Shown one piece after another: positions 49,701 to 62,500 of a stretch of 64,000 nt of DNA. This stretch comes from Auanema rhodensis (lineage: Eukaryota > Animalia > Nematoda). The stretch is taken from NCBI GenBank assembly GCA_964057225.1, contig OZ059898.1, positions 14,074,001-14,138,000 of the forward strand, given 5' to 3'. Each line of letters starts with the position of its first letter. Positions within the stretch are counted from its first letter, which is position 1. Both the position numbers and the translations under genes were made by a program. Below the pieces are notes generated by a model. The model searched no databases and had not been told where the DNA came from. It worked only from the letters and a program-made list of their open reading frames with translations.

Positions 49701-52700
49701 TAAAAAATGAAAAATGTATGCGTTCGGGGGGAATCGAACCCCCGTCGAATGCTTGGAAGGCATCCATGCTGACCATTACACCACGAACGCTACAATAGGT
49801 TGTGAACTATTAGATTAGATGAGTTGACACATCTTTGACTTCATATATAATTACGAATGAAAAGCAGTAACATATTTTTTTCAAACGTTTCACATCAAAA
49901 ATTCAAAAATGGACAAGCTCAAGTATTTTCAAAATCTTTGCAACATATTGCAATCCAATCATTCACAAAAAATGAAAAATGTTTGCGTTCGGGGGGAATC
50001 GAACCCCGTCGAATGCTTGGAAGGCATCCATGCTGACCATTACACCACGAACGCTACAATAGGTTGTGAACTATTAGATTAGATGAGTTGACACATCTTT
50101 GACTTCATTGATAATTACGAATGAAAAGCAGTAACATATTTTTTTCAAACGTTTCACATCAAAAATTCAAAAATGGACAAGCTCAAGTATTTTCAAAATC
50201 TTTGCAACATATTGCAATCAAATCATTCACAAAAAATGAAAAATGTATGCGTTCGGGGGGAATCGAACCCCCGTCGAATGCTTGGAAGGCATCCATGCTG
50301 ACCATTACACCACGAACGCTACGATGGCTCTTGAACTATTAGATTAGATGAGTTGACACATCTTTGACTTCATATATAATTACGAATGAAAAGCAGAAAC
50401 ATATTTTTTTCAAACGTTTCACATCAAAAATTCAAAAATGGACAAGCTCAAGTATTTTCAAAATCTTTGCAACATATTGCAATCAAATCATTCACAAAAA
50501 ATGAAAAATGTATGCGTTCGGGGGGAATCGAACCCCCGTCGAATGCTTGGAAGGCATCCATGCTGACCATTACACCACGAACGCTACGATGGCTCTTGAA
50601 CTATTAGATTAGATGAGTTGACACATCTTTGACTTCATTGATAATTACGAATGAAAAGCAGAAACATATTTTTTCAACGTTTCACATCAAAAAATCAAAA
50701 ATGGACAAGCTCAAGTATTTTCAAAATCTTTGCAACATATTGCAAAACGTCAAACCATTCTTAAAAAATGAAAAATGTATGCGTTCGGGGGGAATCGAAC
50801 CCCCGTCGAATGCTTGGAAGGCATCCATGCTGACCATTACACCACGAACGCTACGATGGCTCTTGAACTATTAGATTAGATGAGTTGACACATCTTTGAC
50901 TTCATATATAATTACGAATGAAAAGCAGTAACATATTTTTTCAAACGTTTCACATCAAAAATTCAAAAATGGACAAGCTCAAGTATTTTCAAAATCTTTG
51001 CAACATATTGCAAAACGTCAAACCATTCTTAAAAAATGAAAAATGTATGCGTTCGGGGGGAATCGAACCCCCGTCGAATGCTTGGAAGGCATCCATGCTG
51101 ACCATTACACCACGAACGCTACAATAGGTTGTGAACTATTAGATTAGATGAGTTGACACATCTTTGACTTCATATATAATTACGAATGAAAAGCAGTAAC
51201 ATATTTTTTTCAAACGTTTCACATCAAAAATTCAAAAATGGACAAGCTCAAGTATTTTCAAAATCTTTGCAACATATTGCAATCCAATCATTCACAAAAA
51301 ATGAAAAATGTTTGCGTTCGGGGGGAATCGAACCCCGTCGAATGCTTGGAAGGCATCCATGCTGACCATTACACCACGAACGCTACAATAGGTTGTGAAC
51401 TATTAGATTAGATGAGTTGACACATCTTTGACTTCATATATAATTACGAATGAAAAGCAGTAACATATTTTTTTCAAACGTTTCACATCAAAAATTCAAA
51501 AATGGACAAGCTCAAGTATTTTCAAAATCTTTGCAACATATTGCAAAACGTCAAACCATTCTTAAAAAATGAAAAATGTATGCGTTCGGGGGGAATCGAA
51601 CCCCCGTCGAATGCTTGGAAGGCATCCATGCTGACCATTACACCACGAACGCTACGATGGCTCTTGAACTATTAGATTAGATGAGTTGACACATCTTTGA
51701 CTTTATTGATAATTACGAATGAAAAGCAGTAACATATTTTTTCAACGTTTTGTTCCGTTGCAAATCAAATATGGGTATTGACTGAATAAAGTTTGTACTC
51801 TGTGTTTTTATTTTTGTGCACTTTGCTCTGTTTTCGTCAAGAAAATGGACTTATGTTTGCAATCTTTTCCTCATTCCTTTTCCCTTAAATAGCATGTTTT
51901 GCTCAAAATGTTTTCGACATTGTGCATGCTAATGAGGTTTGAGGAGAGTTATTGAAAAGGCTGTCCTTTTTCTTGATCAAAATAAGCAAAAGTGCGTTTT
52001 CCTAAGCGAATTTCTTTTTAAAAATGAGAAAAATACGTCTATTTTTAAACATTTCCAATTTACTTAGGATTACTGTAGGAAATAAGGGGTATCTTATGAG
52101 TTGAAACAACGAAATGATTTGAGGAAGGTGACATAATCTACGGGGATAAAATCCGTAGCAGTTATGCTTCCGCCAACTTGACCTGACTGTCAAATAAGAG
52201 CTGAGAAGTCTTATTGCAGATTTACCAGGCTTTTTCGGACTAGTGTGGTCTCTTTTTATATTCAATTTATGTAACCGTTTTTGGTTTCCCGCAAAATAAT
52301 ATGTAAAATGATCTTTTACGTCTGAATATAATAATTTTTCAAAATTCTAGTCCTGACCACAAAATATACAAACTATAATCAATTGCGCGCGTCTTATAAC
52401 TTTTTGTTCCAATAATCAAACTTCTCTATGCCCAAAAAAAAAATGTGAACAATTATAATTTCTCGTTTGGCGAAATTGTCCTCTATTTCAATCCAAACGT
52501 CCTCAAAATGGCATGAGAAGCGGTACAAGATACGATATAGAAAAGGGTGGACATTCAGACGGTTTTAAATTGAGGACGGTGGGCAAAAATTTTTATTGGT
52601 CCTATCTCGCATTTAAGCGAGATCCCTTGTATCTGTACCTTAAAACAAATTGGCGCCTTCATTTTGTTGTTTCAAGTGGAGGAATTTATAATTTAGAATG

Positions 52701-52769
52701 CAAAAATGGACTTTTACAATAAAAAAAATTTTTTTTTTTTCAAAAGATGAGTTCGAGGTGGAACCTCCA

Positions 52770-53114
52770 CGTTCCGTTATGCTCCTGCGTCGATAATATA
52801 AACCATTGTAGTTTATACTATGACGCGCATAGTATTCCTTGGTGTAGCGGTAAGGAATAAAGAGCATAAGGTCAATCATAAGATAAAAGAGAGAAAGATT
52901 TATTGGCATGAAACTACAACAATAATATACAAAGATAAAGATACAATACAATAAGATAAATATAAGTATAAAGACTAAACTACAAGCCGTCCATGAGCTT
53001 GCTAAGAGGCGAACTCCCGACCAAGGGAACGAGGGAAGGCGGAGCCATTCCTCGGTCCTCTGGTCGTCTGGCTCTAACCCTTCAGCTACATATATGGGGA
53101 GTCCGAATGGAACG
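52770..53114 (-). repeat. Family 1 LTR (345 bp) flanked by both PPT and PBS
   Basis: Reverse complement of 13423-13767, with PPT 53115-53125 on one side and PBS on the other. Confidence 0.93.
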
Positions 53115-53813
53115 TGCCCTTTTTCAAAGATTTTTCGCGTCCGCGCGATATAAAGAGTTTTTAGTGTATATGTAGCTGAGTTTTAGAGTCTAGGAGTTTA
53201 CAAATAAAATTAAAAGTTTTAAAATCTACATGTAGAAAGATATATAAATAATTTTTATAGGTTTCTTTATGGTATTAAGATAGAATTTGAATACAATAAT
53301 AGGTTTTATGTTATTTTGTAACGGAGGATTAGAAAATAAATTTAGTCATTGTAGTACTGTAATAAAAAAAAAAATTTTTTTTTGTTTCATGAATGTGTGA
53401 TTTATGTGAGATAATAAGGAATTATTAAACATTTCTGGTACATGGTTACTCGTATCCTAATGATGATGGGGATAATTTTATTTAATAATTTACTCGTCTC
53501 CATATGTCTCTCTGAATGAATCCTTGAGTACTAATGGAGGCTACCACTCAGATGGGGTGTGGCTTAGGCGCCTGCCAATGTTCGTCTCTTCCTGGAGATA
53601 CATATGGAGCTCAGTTTAGCGCAAAATTTTATCTCTATCGGTCGTATAGGATTACGGTAGCCATTTATTTCTATTATATTTTTGCTTATTCCTTATTTTT
53701 AGTTGTTTACCCACTTAATCTCTCATCAAAAAGTTTTCTAATTCACCGTTACTTCCATTTTACAATTTACAGAAAAGAAAAGAATGTATATAAAGTTATT
53801 TCTTGTCGTCTTT

Positions 53814-56558
53814 TCATGCTTTCTCTTTTTGATTTTTCATCCGTGGTAACCATAATTCGTCTCCATCTTCGTTCTCTGATTCCGGTTCGCTATCGGTGTT
53901 ATCTTGCTCGTTTCTTTTGATCACTCTAAGTATCTCTATATCGCTGTCCTCTTCTTCTTCTTCGTGATTGTTGCGTGTATTAGAGCGGGTATTGTGAGTG
54001 ATATTTTGAGTAGCGTTTGAGAAGAGTTTGAGATTATCCTTGTGGATATCTTGTATCTTTCCTGATGAATTCCTTATCTGCACCTTGGATCCTTGTACGT
54101 TAATAACTTCGTAAGGTCCGTCATAGCTTTTCCTCAGTTTCTGACCAATTTTATGTGACTTTATTGTTGTCATCACCATGTCGCCGGGTTGAATGTTCCT
54201 TTCGTGCGTCCTTTGTGTTCTATCCTTCTTCTTTCTGGCGTTTTCTTGGTTTTGGGCGATACGTTCACGTATTATTTGGTCTATTTTCATCATTTGAGGT
54301 CTTCTCGTGAGTAATTCTTCCGAAATCTCTTTGATTTTTGTTATGGTTCCCGGTAATTCGGCATCAATTTTCATTCTGCATTCTTTTCCAAAAAGTGCTA
54401 CGTATGGGGCTATGCCTGTTGTAGCATGCTGAATGTTATTGATAGCGAATGTAATTTTTGGCAATACACTATCCCAGTCGCTTAGATCTTCCTTCAAGTA
54501 GTGTGTTAATCCTTCCTCAAGAGTTCTGTGTAGTCTTTCGACTTGTCCGTTTGAGTTCTTTTGGTGAGGAAGGGTGGGTTCATGTTGAATTCCCAGTTTT
54601 GTACACATTTCTTCAAACTTTTGAGATACAAAATTAGATCCTCTATCGGTGATCAGTCGATGAGGCGGTCCGTATATGTATACAAAGTTGCGTAGAAATC
54701 TGTCAATTGTTATTTCTGTCGTAATTTGCGGTACTGCTATCGTTGTTGACCATTTAGTAAAAGCATCCTGGATGGTAATAACGTAAGTACAATTCCTTTT
54801 TGACGGGGGAAAAGGTCCCATTACATCCATATGAACTCGTTCAAAAGGCTTGGTCGGTATTTCAAATTGACCTATTGGCTGTACTGTCATAGAATGTGGG
54901 TCCTTCTTCCTTTGTGCGCATTTAATGCAGTTTTTGATATATATCATGATATCATTTTGCATGTTGGTCCAATAAAATCTCCGTAGGATAGCTTCTTTAG
55001 TTTTATTAATTCCTTGATGCGCTGCGATTGTAGGATCTTCGTGAAATAATTCTATTATCTCGTCCTTGATTGGATGATCTTGTGGCACAACGATTGCAGG
55101 ATGTGGTTTCTTGTCTGTTGGTTTTGTGTAGAGTAATCCATTTATAACGCAATATCTATCGTTAGAGACCATTTTCTTTTGCGTTCTATATTCGATGTCC
55201 GCGATTGTTTTCTTTATCCATAGAGTATTTAGTTGAATTTCTTTTATAGCAGGTGTATCAATAGTATTTATTCTGATCGATTCTGCGTTTTTCTTTTTCT
55301 TCTTTTCCGGCTTTGCATCATTTGCTTCATCGCCTATATAACGTGACAATGCATCACATACTTTATTGAGCTGGCCCTCTCTGTACCTTATCTCAATGTC
55401 GTATTCTTGTATTACTAACTGAAATTTAGCAAGACGACCAAATAGGTCTCTGCGAGTTAGTAAACTTGTGAGAGGGCGATGGTCAGTGATACATATAGTA
55501 TGCGTTCCCAGTATGTATGTGCGAAATTGATTCAGTGCGTATACTAACCCTAAGGCTTCAATTTCGATTGGTGCGTAATTGCGTTCCGCTTTTACCAGTT
55601 TTCTGCTGGCGAATGCGATAGGATGAAGATGCTTCAATGGTTGCGTGGGATCTTCTGGTTGCAATAATACTGCGCCCACTGCTATGTTGCTGCCTTCACT
55701 CTCGATAATGAATAATCGATCAGATTTTGGTGGACTTAATACGGGCGCTTGGGTGAGACTTCTTTTTAATCGATCTACAGCTTCCTGATGTTGCTTTTCC
55801 CAAGCGAATTCGGTATCCGTCTTTGTCAAATCGTACAATGGGCTTGCGATACTTGCAAAATCTTTAATGAATTTGCGAAAAAATCCAACCATTCCTAAGA
55901 ATGCGCGAACGCCTGTTGCGTTCTTTGGTGCCGGATATTCTTGTATCGCAGCCACTTTTTGAGGGTCGGGTTTTATTCCTTCTCTTCCAATTATTAATCC
56001 GAGAAATTTTACTTCTGGTTGAGCAAAGGCACATTTCTTTAACTTAATTTTCATTCCCAAACTTTCGACCGCATGTAATAATTCGTCGATATCTTCAAGG
56101 TGTTGCTTTCTTGTATCAGAGATTATCAGCAGATCGTCCAAGTATACAAATAATTTGCAAGAGCATTTACTTTGCAAATATCTTACTGCTGTTTGAAAAG
56201 TATGAGGGGCTCCGCAGAGACCCATAGGCATTCTTTTATATTGATACGTGCCTGATGTTGTTGTAAATGCTGTTAAATGACGATCAGATTTACGTAGTGA
56301 TATTTGAAAAAATCCTGATACTAAATCGAAGTTTGAGAAGAATTGAGCTCCAGCTGCCATGTCAACTATATCCGATATGCTTGGTATAACGTATGTTTGT
56401 TTACGCGTGACACTATTGAGGGCTCGAAAATCTGTCACGAACCTATATGTCTCATCCTTCTTCTTCACTAGCACAGCAGGGCTATTGAAGAGGGATGTAG
56501 AGGGTTCGATTATGCCTTGCTCTAGCATTTCTTTTACTTGCTTTTCCACTTCTTCCTG
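53814..56558 (-). CDS. pol: Ty3/Gypsy Pol (RT-RNase H-integrase), 5'-truncated
   Basis: RT GIIEPSTSLFNSPAVLVKKKD...DFRALN...MPMGL...YLDD; RNase H PIAFASRKL...IEALG...TDHRPL; IN HHCC, HMDVMGP, TDRGSNF, NGQVERLH, GPY motif; acidic tail. The RT-RH-IN order is Gypsy. Gag and protease are removed by the junction at ~56559. Confidence 0.95.
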   Translation of the reverse strand, partial: QEEVEKQVKEMLEQGIIEPSTSLFNSPAVLVKKKDETYRFVTDFRALNSVTRKQTYVIPSISDIVDMAAGAQFFSNFDLVSGFFQISLRKSDRHLTAFTTTSGTYQYKRMPMGLCGAPHTFQTAVRYLQSKCSCKLFVYLDDLLIISDTRKQHLEDIDELLHAVESLGMKIKLKKCAFAQPEVKFLGLIIGREGIKPDPQKVAAIQEYPAPKNATGVRAFLGMVGFFRKFIKDFASIASPLYDLTKTDTEFAWEKQHQEAVDRLKRSLTQAPVLSPPKSDRLFIIESEGSNIAVGAVLLQPEDPTQPLKHLHPIAFASRKLVKAERNYAPIEIEALGLVYALNQFRTYILGTHTICITDHRPLTSLLTRRDLFGRLAKFQLVIQEYDIEIRYREGQLNKVCDALSRYIGDEANDAKPEKKKKKNAESIRINTIDTPAIKEIQLNTLWIKKTIADIEYRTQKKMVSNDRYCVINGLLYTKPTDKKPHPAIVVPQDHPIKDEIIELFHEDPTIAAHQGINKTKEAILRRFYWTNMQNDIMIYIKNCIKCAQRKKDPHSMTVQPIGQFEIPTKPFERVHMDVMGPFPPSKRNCTYVITIQDAFTKWSTTIAVPQITTEITIDRFLRNFVYIYGPPHRLITDRGSNFVSQKFEEMCTKLGIQHEPTLPHQKNSNGQVERLHRTLEEGLTHYLKEDLSDWDSVLPKITFAINNIQHATTGIAPYVALFGKECRMKIDAELPGTITKIKEISEELLTRRPQMMKIDQIIRERIAQNQENARKKKDRTQRTHERNIQPGDMVMTTIKSHKIGQKLRKSYDGPYEVINVQGSKVQIRNSSGKIQDIHKDNLKLFSNATQNITHNTRSNTRNNHEEEEEDSDIEILRVIKRNEQDNTDSEPESENEDGDELWLPRMKNQKEKA

Positions 56559-59500
56559 TCAAAATCTTTGCAACATATTGCAATCAAATCATTCACAAAA
56601 AATGAAAAATGTATGCGTTCGGGGGGAATCGAACCCCCGTCGAATGCTTGGAAGGCATCCATGCTGACCATTACACCACGAACGCTACGATGGCTCTTGA
56701 ACTATTTGATTAGATGAGTTGACACATCTTTGACTTCATTGATAATTACGAATGAAAAGCAGTAACATATTTTTTTCAAACGTTCCACATCGAAAATTCA
56801 AAAATGGACAAGCTCAAGTATTTTCAAAATCTTTGCAACATATTGCAATCAAATCATTCACAAAAAATGAAAAATGTATGCGTTCGGGGGGAATCGAACC
56901 CCCGTCGAATGCTTGGAAGGCATCCATGCTGACCATTACACCACGAACGCTACGATGGCTCTTGAACTATTTGATTAGATGAGTTGACACATCTTTGACT
57001 TCATTGATAATTACGAATGAAAAGCAGTAACATATTTTTTTCAAACGTTTCACATCAAAAATTCAAAAATGGACAAGCTCAAGTACTTTCAAAATCTTTG
57101 CAACATATTGCAAAACGTCAAACCATTCTTAAAAAATGAAAAATGTATGCGTTCGGGGGGAATCGAACCCCCGTCGAATGCTTGGAAGGCATCCATGCTG
57201 ACCATTACACCACGAACGCTACAATAGGTTGTGAACTATTAGATTAGATGAGTTGACACATCTTTGACTTCATATATAATTACGAATGAAAAGCAGTAAC
57301 ATATTTTTTTCAAACGTTTCACATCAAAAAATCAAAAATGGACAAGCTCAAGTATTTTCAAAATCTTTGCAACATATTGCAATCAAATCGTTCACAAAAA
57401 ATGAAAAATGTATTCGTTCGGGGGGAATCGAACCCCCGTCGAATGCTTGGAAGGCATCCATGCTGACCATTACACCACGAACGCTACGATGGCTCTTGAA
57501 CTATTAGATTAGATGAGTTGACACATCTTTGACTTCATTGATAATTACGAATGAAAAGCAGTAACATATTTTTTTCAAACGTTTCACATCAAAAAATCAA
57601 AAATGGACAAGCTCAAGTATTTTCAAAATCTTTGCAACATATTGCAATCAAATCATTCACAAAAAATGAAAAATGTATGCGTTCGGGGGGAATCGAACCC
57701 CCGTCGAATGCTTGGAAGGCATCCATGCTGACCATTACACCACGAACGCTACGATGGCTCTTGAACTATTAGATTAGATGAGTTGACACATCTTTGACTT
57801 CATATATAATTACAGAATGAAAAGCGGAAACATATTTTTTTCAAACGTTTCACATCAAAAATTCAAAAATGGACAAGCTCAAGTACTTTCAAAATCTTTG
57901 CAACATATTGCAAAACGTCAAACCATTCTTAAAAAATGAAAAATGTATGCGTTCGGGGGGAATCGAACCCCCGTCGAATGCTTGGAAGGCATCCATGCTG
58001 ACCATTACACCACGAACGCTACAATAGGTTGTGAACTATTAGATTAGATGAGTTGACACATCTTTGACTTCATTGATAATTACGAATGAAAAGCAGAAAC
58101 ATATTTTTTTCAAACGTTTCACATCAAAAAATCAAAAATGGACAAGCTCAAGTATTTTCAAAATCTTTGCTACATATTGCAAAACGTCAAACCATTCTTA
58201 AAAAATGAAAAATATATGCGTTCGGGGGGAATCGAACCCCCGTCGAATGCTTGGAAGGCATCCATGCTGACCATTACACCACGAACGCTACAATAGGTTG
58301 TGAACTATTAGATTAGATGAGTTGACACATCTTTGACTTCATTGATAATTACGAATGAAAAGCAGAAACATATTTTTTTCAAACGTTTCACATCAAAAAT
58401 TCAAAAATGGACAAGCTCAAGTATTTTCAAAATCTTTGCAACATATTGCAATCAAATCATTCACAAAAAATGAAAAATGTATGCGTTCGGGGGGAATCGA
58501 ACCCCCGTCGAATGCTTGGAAGGCATCCATGCTGACCATTACACCACGAACGCTACGATGGCTCTTGAACTATTAGATTAGATGAGTTGACACATCTTTG
58601 ACTTCATTGATAATTACGAATGAAAAGCAGAAACATATTTTTTTCAAACGTTTCACATCAAAAATTCAAAAATGGACAAGCTCAAGTATTTTCAAAATCT
58701 TTGCAACATATTGCAATCAAATCATTCACAAAAAATGAAAAATGTATGCGTTCGGGGGGAATCGAACCCCCGTCGAATGCTTGGAAGGCATCCATGCTGA
58801 CCATTACACCACGAACGCTACAATAGGTTGTGAACTATTAGATTAGATGAGTTGACACATCTTTGACTTCATTGATAATTACGAATGAAAAGCAGAAACA
58901 TATTTTTTTCAAACGTTTCACATCAAAAATTCAAAAATGGACAAGCTCAAGTACTTTCAAAATCTTTGCAACATATTGCAAAACGTCAAACCATTCTTAA
59001 AAAATGAAAAATGTATGCGTTCGGGGGGAATCGAACCCCCGTCGAATGCTTGGAAGGCATCCATGCTGACCATTACACCACGAACGCTACGATGGCTCTT
59101 GAACTATTAGATTAGATGAGTTGACACATCTTTGACTTCATATATAATTACGAATGAAAAGCAGAAACATATTTTTTTCAAACGTTTCACATCAAAAATT
59201 CAAAAATGGACAAGCTCAAGTACTTTCAAAATCTTTGCAACATATTGCAAAACGTCAAACCATTCTTAAAAAATGAAAAATATATGCGTTCGGGGGGAAT
59301 CGAACCCCCGTCGAATGCTTGGAAGGCATCCATGCTGACCATTACACCACGAACGCTACAATAGGTTGTGAACTATTAGATTAGATGAGTTGACACATCT
59401 TTGACTTCATTGATAATTACGAATGAAAAGCAGAAACATATTTTTTTCAAACGTTTCACATCAAAAATTCAAAAATGGACAAGCTCAAGTATTTTCAAAA

Positions 59501-62500
59501 TCTTTGCAACATATTGCAATCAAATCATTCACAAAAAATGAAAAATGTATGCGTTCGGGGGGAATCGAACCCCCGTCGAATGCTTGGAAGGCATCCATGC
59601 TGACCATTACACCACGAACGCTACGATGGCTCTTGAACTATTAGATTAGATGAGTTGACACATCTTTGACTTCATATATAATTACGAATGAAAAGCAGAA
59701 ACATATTTTTTTCAAACGTTTCACATCAAAAATTCAAAAATGGACAAGCTCAAGTATTTTCAAAATCTTTGCAACATATTGCAATCAAATCATTCACAAA
59801 AAATGAAAAATGTATGCGTTCGGGGGGAATCGAACCCCCGTCGAATGCTTGGAAGGCATCCATGCTGACCATTACACCACGAACGCTACGATGGCTCTTG
59901 AACTATTAGATTAGATGAGTTGACACATCTTTGACTTCATATATAATTACGAATGAAAAGCAGAAACATATTTTTTTCAAACGTTTCACATCAAAAATTC
60001 AAAAATGGACAAGCTCAAGTACTTTCAAAATCTTTGCAACATATTGCAAAACGTCAAACCATTCTTAAAAAATGAAAAATGTATGCGTTCGGGGGGAATC
60101 GAACCCCCGTCGAATGCTTGGAAGGCATCCATGCTGACCATTACACCACGAACGCTACAATAGGTTGTGAACTATTAGATTAGATGAGTTGACACATCTT
60201 TGACTTCATATATAATTACGAATGAAAAGCAGAAACATATTTTTTTCAAACGTTTCACATCAAAAATTCAAAAATGGACAAGCTCAAGTACTTTCAAAAT
60301 CTTTGCAACATATTGCAAAACGTCAAACCATTCTTAAAAAATGAAAAATGTATGCGTTCGGGGGGAATCGAACCCCCGTCGAATGCTTGGAAGGCATCCA
60401 TGCTGACCATTACACCACGAACGCTACAATAGGTTGTGAACTATTAGATTAGATGAGTTGACACATCTTTGACTTCATTGATAATTACGAATGAAAAGCA
60501 GTAACATAGTTCTTTAAACGTTTCACGTGAAAAGTTAGAAAATGGACAAGCTAAAGTACTTTCAAAATCTTTGCAACATATTGCAAAACGTCAAATCATT
60601 CAGCAAAAATGAAAAATGTGTGCGTTCGGGGGGAATCGAACCCCCGTCGAATGCTTGGAAGGCATCCATGCTGACCATTACACCACGAACGCTACAATAG
60701 GTTGTGAACTATTAGATTAGATGAGTTGACACATCTTTGACTTCATTGATAATTACGAATGAAAAGCAGTAACATAGTTCTTTAAACGTTTCACGTGAAA
60801 AGTTAGAAAATGGACAAGCTAAAGTACTTTCAAAATCTTTGCAACATATTGCAATCAAATCATTCACAAAAAATGAAAAATGTTTGCGTTCGGGGGGAAT
60901 CGAACCCCCGTCGAATGCTTGGAAGGCATCCATGCTGACCATTACACCACGAACGCTACAATACGTTGTGAACTATTAGATTAGATGAGTTGACACATCT
61001 TTGACTTCATTGATAATTACGAATGAAAAGCAGTAACATAGTTCTTTAAACGTTTCACGTGAAAAGTTAGAAAATGGACAAGCTAAAGTACTTTCAAAAT
61101 CTTTGCAACATATTGCAATCAAATCATTCACAAAAAATGAAAAATGTTTGCGTTCGGGGGGAATCGAACCCCCGTCGAATGCTTGGAAGGCATCCATGCT
61201 GACCATTACACCACGAACGCTACAATAGGTTGTGAACTATTAGATTAGATGAGTTGACACATCTTTGACTTCATTGATAATTACGAATGAAAAGCAGAAA
61301 CATATTTTTTTCAAACGTTTCACATCAAAAATTCAAAAATGGACAAGCTCAAGTACTTTCAAAATCTTTGCAACATATTGCAATCAAATCATTCACAAAA
61401 AATGAAAAATGTTTGCGTTCGGGGGGAATCGAACCCCCGTCGAATGCTTGGAAGGCATCCATGCTGACCATTACACCACGAACGCTACAATAGGTTGTGA
61501 ACTATTAGATTAGATGAGTTGACACATCTTTGATTTCATTGATAATTACGAATGAAAAGCAGTAACATATTTTTTTCAAACGTTTCACATCAAAAAATCA
61601 AAAATGGACAAGCTCAAGTATTTTCAAAATCTTTGCAACATATTGCAATCAAATCATTCACAAAAAATGAAAAATGTATGCGTTCGGGGGGAATCGAACC
61701 CCCGTCGAATGCTTGGAAGGCATCCATGCTGACCATTACACCACGAACGCTACAATAGGTTGTGAACTATTAGATTAGATGAGTTGACACATCTTTGACT
61801 TCATTGATAATTACGAATGAAAAGCAGTAACATATTTTTTTCAAACGTTTCACATCAAAAAATCAAAAATGGACAAGCTCAAGTATTTTCAAAATCTTTG
61901 CAACATATTGCAATCAAATCATTCACAAAAAATGAAAAATGTATGCGTTCGGGGGGAATCGAACCCCCGTCGAATGCTTGGAAGGCATCCATGCTGACCA
62001 TTACACCACGAACGCTACAATAGGTTGTGAACTATTAGATTAGATGAGTTGACACATCTTTGACTTCATTGATAATTACGAATGAAAAGCAGTAACATAG
62101 TTCTTTAAACGTTTCACGTGAAAAGTTAGAAAATGGACAAGCTAAAGTACTTTCAAAATCTTTGCAACATATTGCAAAACGTCAAATCATTCAGCAAAAA
62201 TGAAAAATGTTTGCGTTCGGGGGGAATCGAACCCCCGTCGAATGCTTGGAAGGCATCCATGCTGACCATTACACCACGAACGCTACAATAGGTTGTGAAC
62301 TATTAGATTAGATGAGTTGACACATCTTTGACTTCATTGATAATTACGAATGAAAAGCAGTAACATAGTTCTTTAAACGTTTCACGTGAAAAGTTAGAAA
62401 ATGGACAAGCTAAAGTACTTTCAAAATCTTTGCAACATATTGCAAAACGTCAAATCATTCAGCAAAAATGAAAAATGTTTGCGTTCGGGGGGAATCGAAC

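Larger units (their letters stand above)
21101..51750 (-). repeat. tRNA-Gly(TCC) tandem array, block 2 (about 112 genes, 3 solo LTRs)
   Basis: Continuous 263-269 bp units; first tRNA 21223-21294, last 51581-51652. The count is estimated from length. Confidence 0.95.
51751..56558 (-). mobile_element. Gypsy family 1 rearranged tandem copy: 5'-truncated pol - 3'UTR - PPT - LTR - PBS - leader - LTR tip
   Basis: pol 56549-53814, LTR 53114-52770, PBS 52769-52749. Leader 52748-51757 is an inverted copy of 13789-14780. TGTTCCGTT at 51751 matches the LTR terminus. Confidence 0.88.

Noticed and set aside
13423-53810. Inversion mediated by oppositely oriented family 1 copies
   Set aside because: tRNA orientation is the same inside and outside the interval.
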